IMG/VR virus record: IMGVR_UViG_3300016643_000319
Span: 1-42,967 of that record
Strand: one strand, 5' to 3'
DNA: 42,967 bases
Source: a virus
Lineage: Duplodnaviria > Caudoviricetes
A program made the translations under genes and the position numbers. The notes under the pieces are model-generated. The model was given only the letters and a program-made list of their open reading frames with translations, did no database searches and had not been told where the DNA came from. Of this stretch, positions 35,531 through 42,967 are shown in pieces (within the stretch, counting starts at the first letter, position 1; each line of letters opens with the position of its first letter).

Positions 35531-35554
35531 GGCGGCCCTAGGGTCGCCTTTTTT
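35531..35554 (+). terminator. Intrinsic terminator oriented against the pR transcript
   Basis: GGCGGCCC-TA-GGGTCGCC-TTTTTT. The G-U pair and U-tract both favour the + strand. Confidence 0.7.
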
Positions 35555-35558
35555 CTAT

Positions 35559-35819
35559 CTACGCTGCAGCTTTCTGCGGGGCCGATGCGTTGAGCAACCA
35601 GGCAGCGTCAAACGCGTTGCCCTTTTGCTCAGCGGCGGTCGCTAAGAGTTTTGCGTAGTGGGTTTCACCGGTGTAATCGGTGCGTGGAAGGCTGGCAGCC
35701 AAGCGCCATTTATTGAGTGCTTGGTAACTCCTGTCACATACCTTGGCGGCGGCTCCGATGCCGCCTACTGCTTCAAATGCGAACGCGATGGCGTTCGGAA
35801 AATCTGCGGGGTCCAACAT
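35559..35819 (-). CDS. Cro-like repressor
   Basis: 86 aa with HTH GGIGAAAKVCDRSYQALNKW; divergent from cI; GGAGG upstream. Confidence 0.85.
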   Translation of the reverse strand: MLDPADFPNAIAFAFEAVGGIGAAAKVCDRSYQALNKWRLAASLPRTDYTGETHYAKLLATAAEQKGNAFDAAWLLNASAPQKAAA

Positions 35820-35832
35820 GGCAACCTCCATT

Positions 35833-35907
35833 TATCAACTCGCGGTTGATATTAACATCAACTGACTATTGCGCAAGCCCTATGAGAGTATCAACTCATG
35901 GTTGATA
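35833..35907. promoter_or_regulatory. Right operator region OR (three 17-bp sites)
   Basis: ATCAAC-TCGCG-GTTGAT (35834-35850), degenerate ATCAAC-TGACT-ATTGCG (35857-35873) and ATCAAC-TCATG-GTTGAT (35890-35906, covering the cI ATG). Confidence 0.85.
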
Positions 35908-36623
35908 AGAATGAGCTACGGGCAGCTTTCACGGCGCGCCTTCACGAAGCACTCGACGATGCCGGTGTACGCACCCGGGGGCGTGGGGTGGATATTCATA
36001 AGCATTTGGTAGCGGTAGGGGCTGAAAAAAGCACTCAGGCCATCAGTAAATGGCTGAATGGGGAGTCAATACCTGAGGCTGACAGCATGGTTGTGCTGTG
36101 TTCATGGTTGAAGGTGCGAAGGGAGTGGCTGGAGTACGGCGTACTGCCGAAAGAGCAAACCGGCGATAGTAATGTCCGTCAGTTCGGAGCTGTGGGCGAA
36201 AGTAATGTCCGTGAGGTAACTCGGCAGTTTGGAAAAGTCCCGCTGATTTCGTGGGTGCAGGCAGGTGCATGGTGCGAGTCGAATTTTGAGCAACATGACG
36301 ATGAATCGTGGCTATCCTGCCCCGTGCCTATCAGTGAAAGTGGTTATGCGCTAAGAGTGCTTGGGGACTCCATGACGAATCCTGGGCCAGGTCGTAGCTA
36401 CCCAACGGGATGCATTATTTTTGTTGATCCAGAGGCCGAAACAAAAACAGGAGATAGAGTAATTGCGAGAGTTCCACGAACTAATGAAGCCACATTTAAA
36501 ATATTAGTTGAAGATGCTGGCCGGCAGTTTCTGAGACCAATAAATCCGCAATATCCAATCATTGATATTACGGAGGAAACTCATATTTGCGGAAAAGTGG
36601 TCGGATCTTTTATTCCTGAGTGA
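35898..36623 (+). CDS. cI: CI-like repressor, HTH + S24 peptidase
   Basis: STQAISKWLNG HTH, VQAG cleavage site, GDSM serine and TFK lysine. Confidence 0.93.
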   Translation: MVDKNELRAAFTARLHEALDDAGVRTRGRGVDIHKHLVAVGAEKSTQAISKWLNGESIPEADSMVVLCSWLKVRREWLEYGVLPKEQTGDSNVRQFGAVGESNVREVTRQFGKVPLISWVQAGAWCESNFEQHDDESWLSCPVPISESGYALRVLGDSMTNPGPGRSYPTGCIIFVDPEAETKTGDRVIARVPRTNEATFKILVEDAGRQFLRPINPQYPIIDITEETHICGKVVGSFIPE

Positions 36624-37449
36624 GCTGATTTATATTTCGAATTTGCCTTGCATAGTATCGTCCTTCAACGCTCCTCCATGAAAAACCATTTTGAAAATAG
36701 TGAAGAGCATGAGCATAAAGAGCGTCAACAGACACGCTCGCTTTACGGCCAAAATCCCTAATTTTCTTATTCACAAATCTTAACACTGCGGACTGTAGGA
36801 AATGCCCTCTCATTAGCAGCACTACTGGAACACTCTCAATTAATTTGTAGTCGTCATCAGTGCATACAATGCCATGGTCCATGTGTAGCCTCTCCAAGTG
36901 TTGGTTCAGGCTTAAATGATCAATCTCTTCAGAGGTTCTACTCATCATAAATTTTTGGCAATGCCCCGCCCCAACATCAATCTCAAGCCCTTTTCTAAAA
37001 TTCACAAAATCAAGGTGAAATAGCGGACCAACGAGATCTGAAAACCGTCCCAACCAGCTATCTACGTCTTTAAGACAGTCGATATCTTTCTTCGACCAAA
37101 AACCAATAACAGATGATATAAGATCCGACTTGTAAATAGTATTTTCTATTGAATAACCAAAAGTATATAGGACTCTTGGATGACGGACGAACCCAGGAAC
37201 ATACCTTGTATAATCTGAATCTTGAGCCACCAGACAGGTTAGATCCCCACCTTTAACCTTATCGACATAAGGTTGTAACTCATTAACTCCGCCAACCGGT
37301 CGTATATCAACAGTAAGGTTAGAGCATTTTTCGAACACCGTTCGCCAAAAGAGCACATCATCGTCGCCCTCTACAAACAAAATATGATCGCACTCCATAA
37401 AAGCATCAAGTGCATTCAAAGCATCATCAGAATACTCAAGCGCTGACAC
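36610..37449 (-). CDS. ariB: DUF4435/TOPRIM-like effector, PARIS AriB-like
   Basis: FVEGDDD..FW, QDSDY (DxD), GYSIEN and RGH motifs; overlaps the upstream ATPase gene. AT-rich. Confidence 0.78.
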   Translation of the reverse strand: MSALEYSDDALNALDAFMECDHILFVEGDDDVLFWRTVFEKCSNLTVDIRPVGGVNELQPYVDKVKGGDLTCLVAQDSDYTRYVPGFVRHPRVLYTFGYSIENTIYKSDLISSVIGFWSKKDIDCLKDVDSWLGRFSDLVGPLFHLDFVNFRKGLEIDVGAGHCQKFMMSRTSEEIDHLSLNQHLERLHMDHGIVCTDDDYKLIESVPVVLLMRGHFLQSAVLRFVNKKIRDFGRKASVSVDALYAHALHYFQNGFSWRSVEGRYYARQIRNINQLTQE

Positions 37450-38710
37450 GGAGTATTGCTCCCATATTTATAATGTCCTTCTTATATTTACCAGCAACTT
37501 CAGGAGAATGGGTTGCAACGATAATTTGGGCGTTGGGATTTAGCTCTCGAATAGCAGGGATAATATTTCTCTGCCATTCAATGTGAAGAGATAACTCTGG
37601 CTCATCAGCCAAAAAAACATAAGGTTTCTGTCTCTGGAGCAGAGCCTCTACAAAAAGAATAATCAATTGCTTTTCGCCAGATGACAAACGCTCAACAGGA
37701 ATTCTTGCATCAGATCCTGACTCAAGAACGTTTACACGGTAAATTGCTAACTTCCCAGAACTATCAATCCTGAAATCCTTACCAACTATAAACTTCGATA
37801 AAAGCTGAAGAAAACTATTTGCATGACTATATAGCTCTTTAGTCTTTTTCTCGGCCTTCAAAGACATATTAAAAACGTTGTGAACTCTTTCCGCAGCGTC
37901 AAGCGCCTCAAGATCGATCGAATTCCAATCAGGAGGATCTACTCGATACAAACTAACAGCTTCTTTAACCAATCCTAAATGCTCATTAATCCGCTTATTA
38001 ACTTCGGAATCCAATATGCCTAAATTCTTATAAACCGAGATGAGATCTTTTCTTTGTCTATCCTCGTCAAAATCAGAAGCAAAAACATTTCTAACTTTTT
38101 CTTCACGGCGGTAGAGTAGAGAAGTCAAAACTTCCTTCTGCAAACCTACAGATATATTACGAGAGGCCTGAGATAATTCCAATTGATACTCAGTCAACCC
38201 CCTCATTAAACTTTCGAGATGCAAATCTACCGGACCTAGGATGCGCTTCCTTTCTTTCAAATCTACATCAAGGCTGGCGCGCAGCCTATAAACGGACAAC
38301 GAAGCGACGCACACTATTTCACTTAGGGCTTCCTGAACGCCAGATATGAGATCTAACGCCCTTCTGCGCGCCATACTCCCATATCTAACCTCCTCCCCAA
38401 AAACCAATGGGAAAGCATAGGAGTTTCGTGAGACATTATAATGAATAGAAAAAAAGTTTTCCTGCAACTCCTTCTTAACCTTGACAGTTTTTGTGTGCTT
38501 CCCTTTGCGCAACTTTATAACAACCTGCTTGAATTCATTTTCTTCAAGAGCTATAGGATCAACATTAAGAACGGCGCTTAGCACATTCATAAAAGTAGTT
38601 TTACCGGTACCATTTTTCCCGATAATAATATTTACATCACCACCGAATGTAGTAGAGGCCGTAAAATCTTGCCAAAACCCATCAATGGAAACTTCTGCAA
38701 TTTTATACAT
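37436..38710 (-). CDS. ariA: ABC/AAA_21-type ATPase sensor, PARIS AriA-like
   Basis: Walker A GKNGTGKT, signature LSSGEKQ, Walker B LADEPELSLH and ATHSP; start MYKIAEV. AT-rich. Confidence 0.8.
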   Translation of the reverse strand: MYKIAEVSIDGFWQDFTASTTFGGDVNIIIGKNGTGKTTFMNVLSAVLNVDPIALEENEFKQVVIKLRKGKHTKTVKVKKELQENFFSIHYNVSRNSYAFPLVFGEEVRYGSMARRRALDLISGVQEALSEIVCVASLSVYRLRASLDVDLKERKRILGPVDLHLESLMRGLTEYQLELSQASRNISVGLQKEVLTSLLYRREEKVRNVFASDFDEDRQRKDLISVYKNLGILDSEVNKRINEHLGLVKEAVSLYRVDPPDWNSIDLEALDAAERVHNVFNMSLKAEKKTKELYSHANSFLQLLSKFIVGKDFRIDSSGKLAIYRVNVLESGSDARIPVERLSSGEKQLIILFVEALLQRQKPYVFLADEPELSLHIEWQRNIIPAIRELNPNAQIIVATHSPEVAGKYKKDIINMGAILRVSA

Positions 38711-38826
38711 CCAAAATCCCTTTCCAATGTGCAGTTTTATCACTACATGATGATTCATATTTATAGTGGCGGAATGCTAGCTCGAGTGAGCACGGATGTC
38801 ATGGAAAAACCTCTCGGACGTGAAAA

Positions 38827-38867
38827 ATCAACCAATAGTTGACACAAAACAACCATTGGTTGATATT
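38827..38867 (+). promoter_or_regulatory. Left operator OL and pL-like promoter
   Basis: ATCAAC-CAATA-GTTGAC (38827-38843) and AACAAC-CATTG-GTTGAT (38848-38864) overlap TTGACA-N17-GATATT (38839-38867). Confidence 0.85.
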
Positions 38868-38902
38868 TGCTTCACTCTTCCACCACAGAGCGATGCAAAA
38901 CC

Positions 38903-39079
38903 ATGCACACCACAGCTACCCTGCACGTCCACCCGACCGCTGCTAATCCCTCCCGCATCTTTGAAATCCGCCGCCTGGCGCAAGACCTTGGCTGCAAATT
39001 CATCGTGTCCAAACCTAAGCCGAAAGAACGCAACGCGCCCTGCCCGTTCGATCCAAACGGCGGAGGGCACGCGGCATGA
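38903..39079 (+). CDS. Small basic protein, first gene of the pL operon (lambda N position)
   Basis: 58 aa; its stop overlaps the next ATG (ATGA). The RBS is weak. Confidence 0.65.
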   Translation: MHTTATLHVHPTAANPSRIFEIRRLAQDLGCKFIVSKPKPKERNAPCPFDPNGGGHAA

Positions 39080-39657
39080 GCAAGTACAAACTCGACAACC
39101 GTACCCTTACCCTGCTCAAGGCCCAGGTAAACCTGACCGAAACCTTCAACCACCTGCTGCGTGCCGAAGTTCAGCGTGAGGCCCTAGCCTTCCGCCTGAA
39201 AGTTGAGCGCCGCAAAGCCGACACACACTTCACTGTTGAGCTGGGAAGCGAACGCCACACGCTGACCCTGACCAACAGCAAGAAAATGCACCTTAAGCTT
39301 GCGGATTTCATCGAGGAGATCGTCAACGGGCCCGCCGACCCAAGCGGTGCGTCGTCTATACCGCACGCAGACCGCCGCTACGGCGTGTTCAAAACTGAAC
39401 ACAAGCAGCGCGTGTTCGATCTGGTGCAAACCGGCGGCGCGCTGACGCTCGATATGGGATTTGAGCAACCTATCAACCTGGCAATCCATCGCAACAAAAC
39501 ACGCACTGGCATCACCACCATCATGAGCATCGGTGTCAAGAAGCCATTCAGCAAGTGCTTCACGGTGTGCGGCAGTGACGTGGAGATCTACTCCATGGTG
39601 GCCGAATCCATCACCCACCTGGCAGCCGTGGCGACTCCAGCCGCGCATGCAGCCTAG
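39076..39657 (+). CDS. Hypothetical early protein
   Basis: 193-aa ORF with GGAGG RBS, translationally coupled to the previous gene. Confidence 0.75.
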   Translation: MSKYKLDNRTLTLLKAQVNLTETFNHLLRAEVQREALAFRLKVERRKADTHFTVELGSERHTLTLTNSKKMHLKLADFIEEIVNGPADPSGASSIPHADRRYGVFKTEHKQRVFDLVQTGGALTLDMGFEQPINLAIHRNKTRTGITTIMSIGVKKPFSKCFTVCGSDVEIYSMVAESITHLAAVATPAAHAA

Positions 39658-39666
39658 GAGGCCGAA

Positions 39667-39951
39667 ATGGAACGTAGCCTGGATAAAGCCGCCAAGTACT
39701 TCGGCCTCACCCGCCCAAAGCTGATCGCGCTGATGCGTGAGAAGGGCTTGCTCACTGAGCGCAACCTTCCGGCGTTCCCTGTACGGGACCGGGAATACCT
39801 GCGGATCAAGAACGGCAACTGGTACCACGAGACGGCCGGAATGCAATACAGCCAGTCGACGAAGGTACGGCAAGCCGGCATGCCCTGGCTGGCAAGTCAG
39901 CTGGGCCTCGAACTGCCAGCCATCCCGGCAGACAACCGTGACGTGGCCTAG
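39667..39951 (+). CDS. Antirepressor KilAC-like DNA-binding protein
   Basis: AAK.FGL.RPKL...MREKG.L...and T.V...G..WLA pattern; AGGAGG RBS. Confidence 0.75.
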   Translation: MERSLDKAAKYFGLTRPKLIALMREKGLLTERNLPAFPVRDREYLRIKNGNWYHETAGMQYSQSTKVRQAGMPWLASQLGLELPAIPADNRDVA

Positions 39952-40156
39952 GGAGTACGCCCGCCAGATCGTCGCCATGCACACACGCGAGAAGCGCAAT
40001 GCCGCGCTCCTCGAAGTGCCGGAGCATCTGCGGGAGCTGACCAAACGCCACTGCCTGAATGCCTGGAGTCACCCCTCACGACTAAAACGCAAGGAGGCCG
40101 CTGCCCATGAGCAACAACAGTCAAACACCGCTACGGCTGCAACCCGCGCCGGATAG
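39938..40156 (+). CDS. Small hypothetical protein
   Basis: GTG-start ORF WPREYARQIV...AALLEVPEHLR, filling the gap and overlapping both neighbours. Confidence 0.55.
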   Translation: MTWPREYARQIVAMHTREKRNAALLEVPEHLRELTKRHCLNAWSHPSRLKRKEAAAHEQQQSNTATAATRAG

Positions 40157-40433
40157 CGCAACCGTCGAGATGCTGCACCAACTCTTCGGCGACGTGCTTA
40201 TCCCCCTGGAAAAGCTGCGCGTGCATTACTTCAAGAACCTCAACGAGAAGACCTTCACCGAGGCGATCAACAGCGGGCGTATTCAACTTCCGGTGACAAC
40301 CTTGGACCACAGCGTCAAGGCTATCCGGTATGCCCACATCAAACACGTCGCAGCACTGATCGACATCCGCGCTTACCGAGCGGACGAAGACATGCCCCGG
40401 CCACAAAACGATTCAACCGAGCAAGACCAGTAA
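40107..40433 (+). CDS. Pyocin activator PrtN-family protein
   Basis: T...L...FG..LIPLE.L...YF, I..G.I.LPV and H..HVA..ID pattern; AGGAGG RBS. Confidence 0.8.
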   Translation: MSNNSQTPLRLQPAPDSATVEMLHQLFGDVLIPLEKLRVHYFKNLNEKTFTEAINSGRIQLPVTTLDHSVKAIRYAHIKHVAALIDIRAYRADEDMPRPQNDSTEQDQ

Positions 40434-40481
40434 CCCAGACGGCTGCCACCACCAGCCACGAAACTACCAGGAGCACACCAC

Positions 40482-40883
40482 ATGACTGCAATTCAAATTT
40501 GCGCACTGATCAGCATCGTAATCGCCGCCGGTATCCTCTATTGGGTCGGGTATCGAGGCGGCCTCACTGACGGCAAAAATGATGGCTACGAAGAAGGCTA
40601 TTCCGACGGCTACGTCTTGGGCCGGGACGAAGCTTCAGCCGCATACGCAGCCTCTATCAAAGCAATGTCAGATCAATGCATGCGAACTGAACTCCTATTG
40701 AGCCGGGAACCGCAAGACCGTTACACACTTCTCGCCATTGCCGAAAAGCTGAAGCTCGCCGCAGACACTTTCCGCGCCGTTAGATCCGAAAGCCAAGCAA
40801 CTCAGGCACTTGCCCTACGTGAAAAAGCACTGAACATGGCTGCGCTGATGGATCGTTTCGAACTGAAGGGGGAAGCCGCATGA
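40482..40883 (+). CDS. Hypothetical protein with N-terminal TM and GxxxG(Y) repeats
   Basis: Hydrophobic N-terminus, then GYRGGLTDGKNDGYEEGYSDGY; AGGAG RBS. Confidence 0.75.
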   Translation: MTAIQICALISIVIAAGILYWVGYRGGLTDGKNDGYEEGYSDGYVLGRDEASAAYAASIKAMSDQCMRTELLLSREPQDRYTLLAIAEKLKLAADTFRAVRSESQATQALALREKALNMAALMDRFELKGEAA

Positions 40884-41422
40884 ACTGGATCCTCACCTCC
40901 ACTGGCAAGCGCTTCGATCTGTTCGAGCCCGACGCCGACATGATCGACCCACGGGACATCTCGCACTCGCTGGCCCACCTGTGCCGCTTCAACGGCCACA
41001 CCCTCGAGTTCTACAGCGTGGCCCAACACAGCTGCATCGTCGCCGAGCAGGTGCCGGAAGAGTACAAGCTCGCGGCCTTGCTCCACGATGCCGCCGAGGC
41101 GTACGTGGGTGACATGACTCGGCCACTCAAGCAGTGGATTAGCGCTTACCAGCACTTCGAGGACTGCATCTGGTGGCGCATTTGCGAGCGGTTCGACATC
41201 GCTCCAAAACTCCCCGCCTGCATCTACAAGGCCGACTTGATTGCGCTGGCGACCGAACGCCGAGACCTCATGCCAACCGATCCGGCTATCTGGGATTGCT
41301 TGGTCGGCATCGAACCCATGGCCGAAACCATCCGCCCTTGGCCTGCAGCAGAAGCTCGACTTACCTATCACCAGCGCCTGATGGACCAACTCGCTATCGA
41401 ACACCGGAGGAAAGCGGCATGA
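40880..41422 (+). CDS. HD-domain phosphohydrolase (YfdR/YfbR-like deoxynucleotidase)
   Basis: CRFNGH, YSVAQHS, LLHDAAEAY.GD and KAD..AL.TE motifs. Confidence 0.88.
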   Translation: MNWILTSTGKRFDLFEPDADMIDPRDISHSLAHLCRFNGHTLEFYSVAQHSCIVAEQVPEEYKLAALLHDAAEAYVGDMTRPLKQWISAYQHFEDCIWWRICERFDIAPKLPACIYKADLIALATERRDLMPTDPAIWDCLVGIEPMAETIRPWPAAEARLTYHQRLMDQLAIEHRRKAA

Positions 41423-41916
41423 AGAACCACCAGGACAACACCAACGCCCTGCCCGCTTTGCTCCGCATAGCCAATGGTGGCGACACGCTAGAAACAAACA
41501 GTCTCTGCTGCGCAGCAGCAGGCATTACTGCTCCTTCCAGCGCCACTGCCGAGGCATATGTACCCCACGAAAAGCTGCGCGGGGCAGCGCTCGCTGATGC
41601 AACGCTAAACGCTCAGGAACGCCCGCTCGCGCAGCCTGCCGTGGGGTATACGCATCATTCACGCACTAGAACTTTAGAAACTGAAATTTTCTCGGACGAA
41701 GAACTGGCCGACCTTACTGGATACAAGCAGCGAGCCCATCAACGGAGATGGCTCAACGACCGCAATTGGGTATTCGTTGAGAGCCGTGGTGGCCGCCCAT
41801 TGGTCGGACGCATGTACGCTCGCATGAAGCTTGGCATGACCAATCCAACGTCTGCAGAGCAGAGCACACCGCCGCCGCGACCAGCTTGGACACCTGACTT
41901 CTCCAGGGTGAACTGA
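41419..41916 (+). CDS. DUF4224 excisionase-like domain with an apparently fused N-terminal half
   Basis: C-terminal EIFSDEELADLTGYKQ...Q.RWL...G.PLVGR...PDFS directly before int. ATG 41419 is coupled to the HD gene. Confidence 0.7.
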   Translation: MKNHQDNTNALPALLRIANGGDTLETNSLCCAAAGITAPSSATAEAYVPHEKLRGAALADATLNAQERPLAQPAVGYTHHSRTRTLETEIFSDEELADLTGYKQRAHQRRWLNDRNWVFVESRGGRPLVGRMYARMKLGMTNPTSAEQSTPPPRPAWTPDFSRVN

Positions 41917-41917
41917 G

Positions 41918-42967
41918 ATGCGACCTCGAAACACTGAGAACAGGGACTTACCGCCGGGAATGGTGCGGAGAAAGCGCCCTCGCAAGAACGGTAAAGTGTG
42001 GGTTGGTTATTACTACAGAGACTCAACGGGTAAGGAAATCCCGCTTGGGGGAGACTTGAGCAAAGCCCGATTGAAGTGGGCAGAGCTTGAGTCCAAGGAA
42101 AAGCCAGCCGATCTGACGATGATGAAGGGGATCTTTGATCGATACGTTCGCGACGTCATTCCGAAAAAAGGCGAGCGTACCCAGAAGGATAACCTAGCCG
42201 AGCTCAAACAATTGCGGCCCATGTTTGACGGGGCGCCCATCGACTCAATCACACCAGCCAATATCGCCGGATACCGCGACGCCCGTACAGCCAAGGTACG
42301 GGCCAATAGGGAGATCGCCCTACTCTCCCACGTGTTCAACATGGCGCGGGAATGGGGCCTGACCGAGCGGGAGAATCCGTGCCAGGGCATCCGCAAGAAC
42401 AAGGAAACGCCACGTGATTACTATGCCAACGCCGCGGTTTGGGATGCGGTCTACGGGATGGCTGAGCCGGAACTCAAGGAAGCCATGGACCTGGGCTACC
42501 TGACAGGCCAGCGGCCAGCAGACGTGATCGCCATGCGCAGGGACGACATTGAGGGCGATTACTTCTTGGTCACGCAAGGCAAGACAGGGCTTAAGCTTAG
42601 GATCCTGATGTACACAGAGGAGGGAGAAAACAGCTTGGGCAGGTTGATTCGGGAAATTACGGAGAGGAATGCCGGCCACGTCTCGAAGTACCTGCTGATA
42701 AACAGGCACGGAAAGCGAATGACGAAGGGAATGCTGCGCTTGCGCTGGGACAAGGCGCGGGAGAAAGCTTGTGCCAAAGCAATCAAAGAGGGCGATCCGC
42801 TCCTCGCCGCGAAGATTGGCGGTTTTCAGTTTCGCGACATCCGACCGAAAGCAGCATCGGAAATCATCGATATTGGCGACGCAAGCCTGCTACTGGGACA
42901 CAGTAAGCAGGAGATCACAAAGCGGGTTTACAGGAGGATTGGCGCCACTGCTAAACCATCAAAATAG
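41918..42967 (+). CDS. int: Tyrosine recombinase (phage integrase)
   Basis: TGQRPAD (R), QGKTG (K), FRDIR, LLGH and VYRR (Y); N-terminal arm-binding region. Confidence 0.95.
   Translation: MRPRNTENRDLPPGMVRRKRPRKNGKVWVGYYYRDSTGKEIPLGGDLSKARLKWAELESKEKPADLTMMKGIFDRYVRDVIPKKGERTQKDNLAELKQLRPMFDGAPIDSITPANIAGYRDARTAKVRANREIALLSHVFNMAREWGLTERENPCQGIRKNKETPRDYYANAAVWDAVYGMAEPELKEAMDLGYLTGQRPADVIAMRRDDIEGDYFLVTQGKTGLKLRILMYTEEGENSLGRLIREITERNAGHVSKYLLINRHGKRMTKGMLRLRWDKAREKACAKAIKEGDPLLAAKIGGFQFRDIRPKAASEIIDIGDASLLLGHSKQEITKRVYRRIGATAKPSK

Larger units (their letters stand above)
2683..42967. mobile_element. Temperate prophage: lambda-like head, P2-like contractile tail, lambdoid cI/cro switch; left boundary uncertain and may extend to base 1
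   Basis: Ordered integration, immunity, replication, packaging, head, tail and lysis modules. No att duplication can be verified because the window ends at the integrase stop. Confidence 0.92.

Noticed and set aside
35261-35554. tRNA gene or 89-aa ORF (35272-35541) in the cro-cII spacer
   Set aside because: No cloverleaf with a T-loop and acceptor stem was found. The ORF lacks an RBS and runs through stacked hairpins.
40880-41422. HD hydrolase as part of a Z-base or other modified-base pathway
   Set aside because: There is no purZ, MazG-like gene or dedicated replicative polymerase in the window, and YfdR-like genes are common in lambdoid early regions.
42820-42860. Integrase inactivation because H-x-x-R reads R-D-I-R
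   Set aside because: Substitution of this His is tolerated in many tyrosine recombinases. The other catalytic residues and the reading frame are intact.

Overview
The window is an apparently near-complete temperate prophage of Pseudomonas type, about 40 kb, running right to left. The integrase is at the right edge (41918-42967), preceded by a DUF4224 excisionase-like ORF and a pL-type early operon (KilAC antirepressor-like, PrtN-like, HD hydrolase). The cI/cro switch has five ATCAAC-N5-GTTGAT operators, one degenerate, split into OL and OR. A two-gene ABC-ATPase + DUF4435 cassette (PARIS type, ariA/ariB) sits between cI and OL, where lambda carries rexAB. Next come CII-like, TraR/DksA-like and primase-VirE helicase genes, a putative iteron origin, a late regulator and the holin. 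A lambda-like head module is joined to a P2-like contractile tail, followed by a GH19 endolysin and Rz/Rz1 spanins. The left end holds an SOS cluster (DNA adenine MTase, SRAP, umuDC; two LexA boxes) and AT-rich accessory genes, including a REase-fold + PIN-like fusion. The most interesting unexplained signal is a CACCAC(A) motif, mostly in hairpin loops and always on the mRNA strand. It recurs in the leaders of all three lytic transcripts, with four copies in a highly structured cro-cII spacer of about 300 nt. This suggests a nut-like or antisense RNA control system, possibly undescribed. All protein calls come from motif recognition and gene order, not database searches. The att sites could not be fixed because the window ends at the integrase stop.
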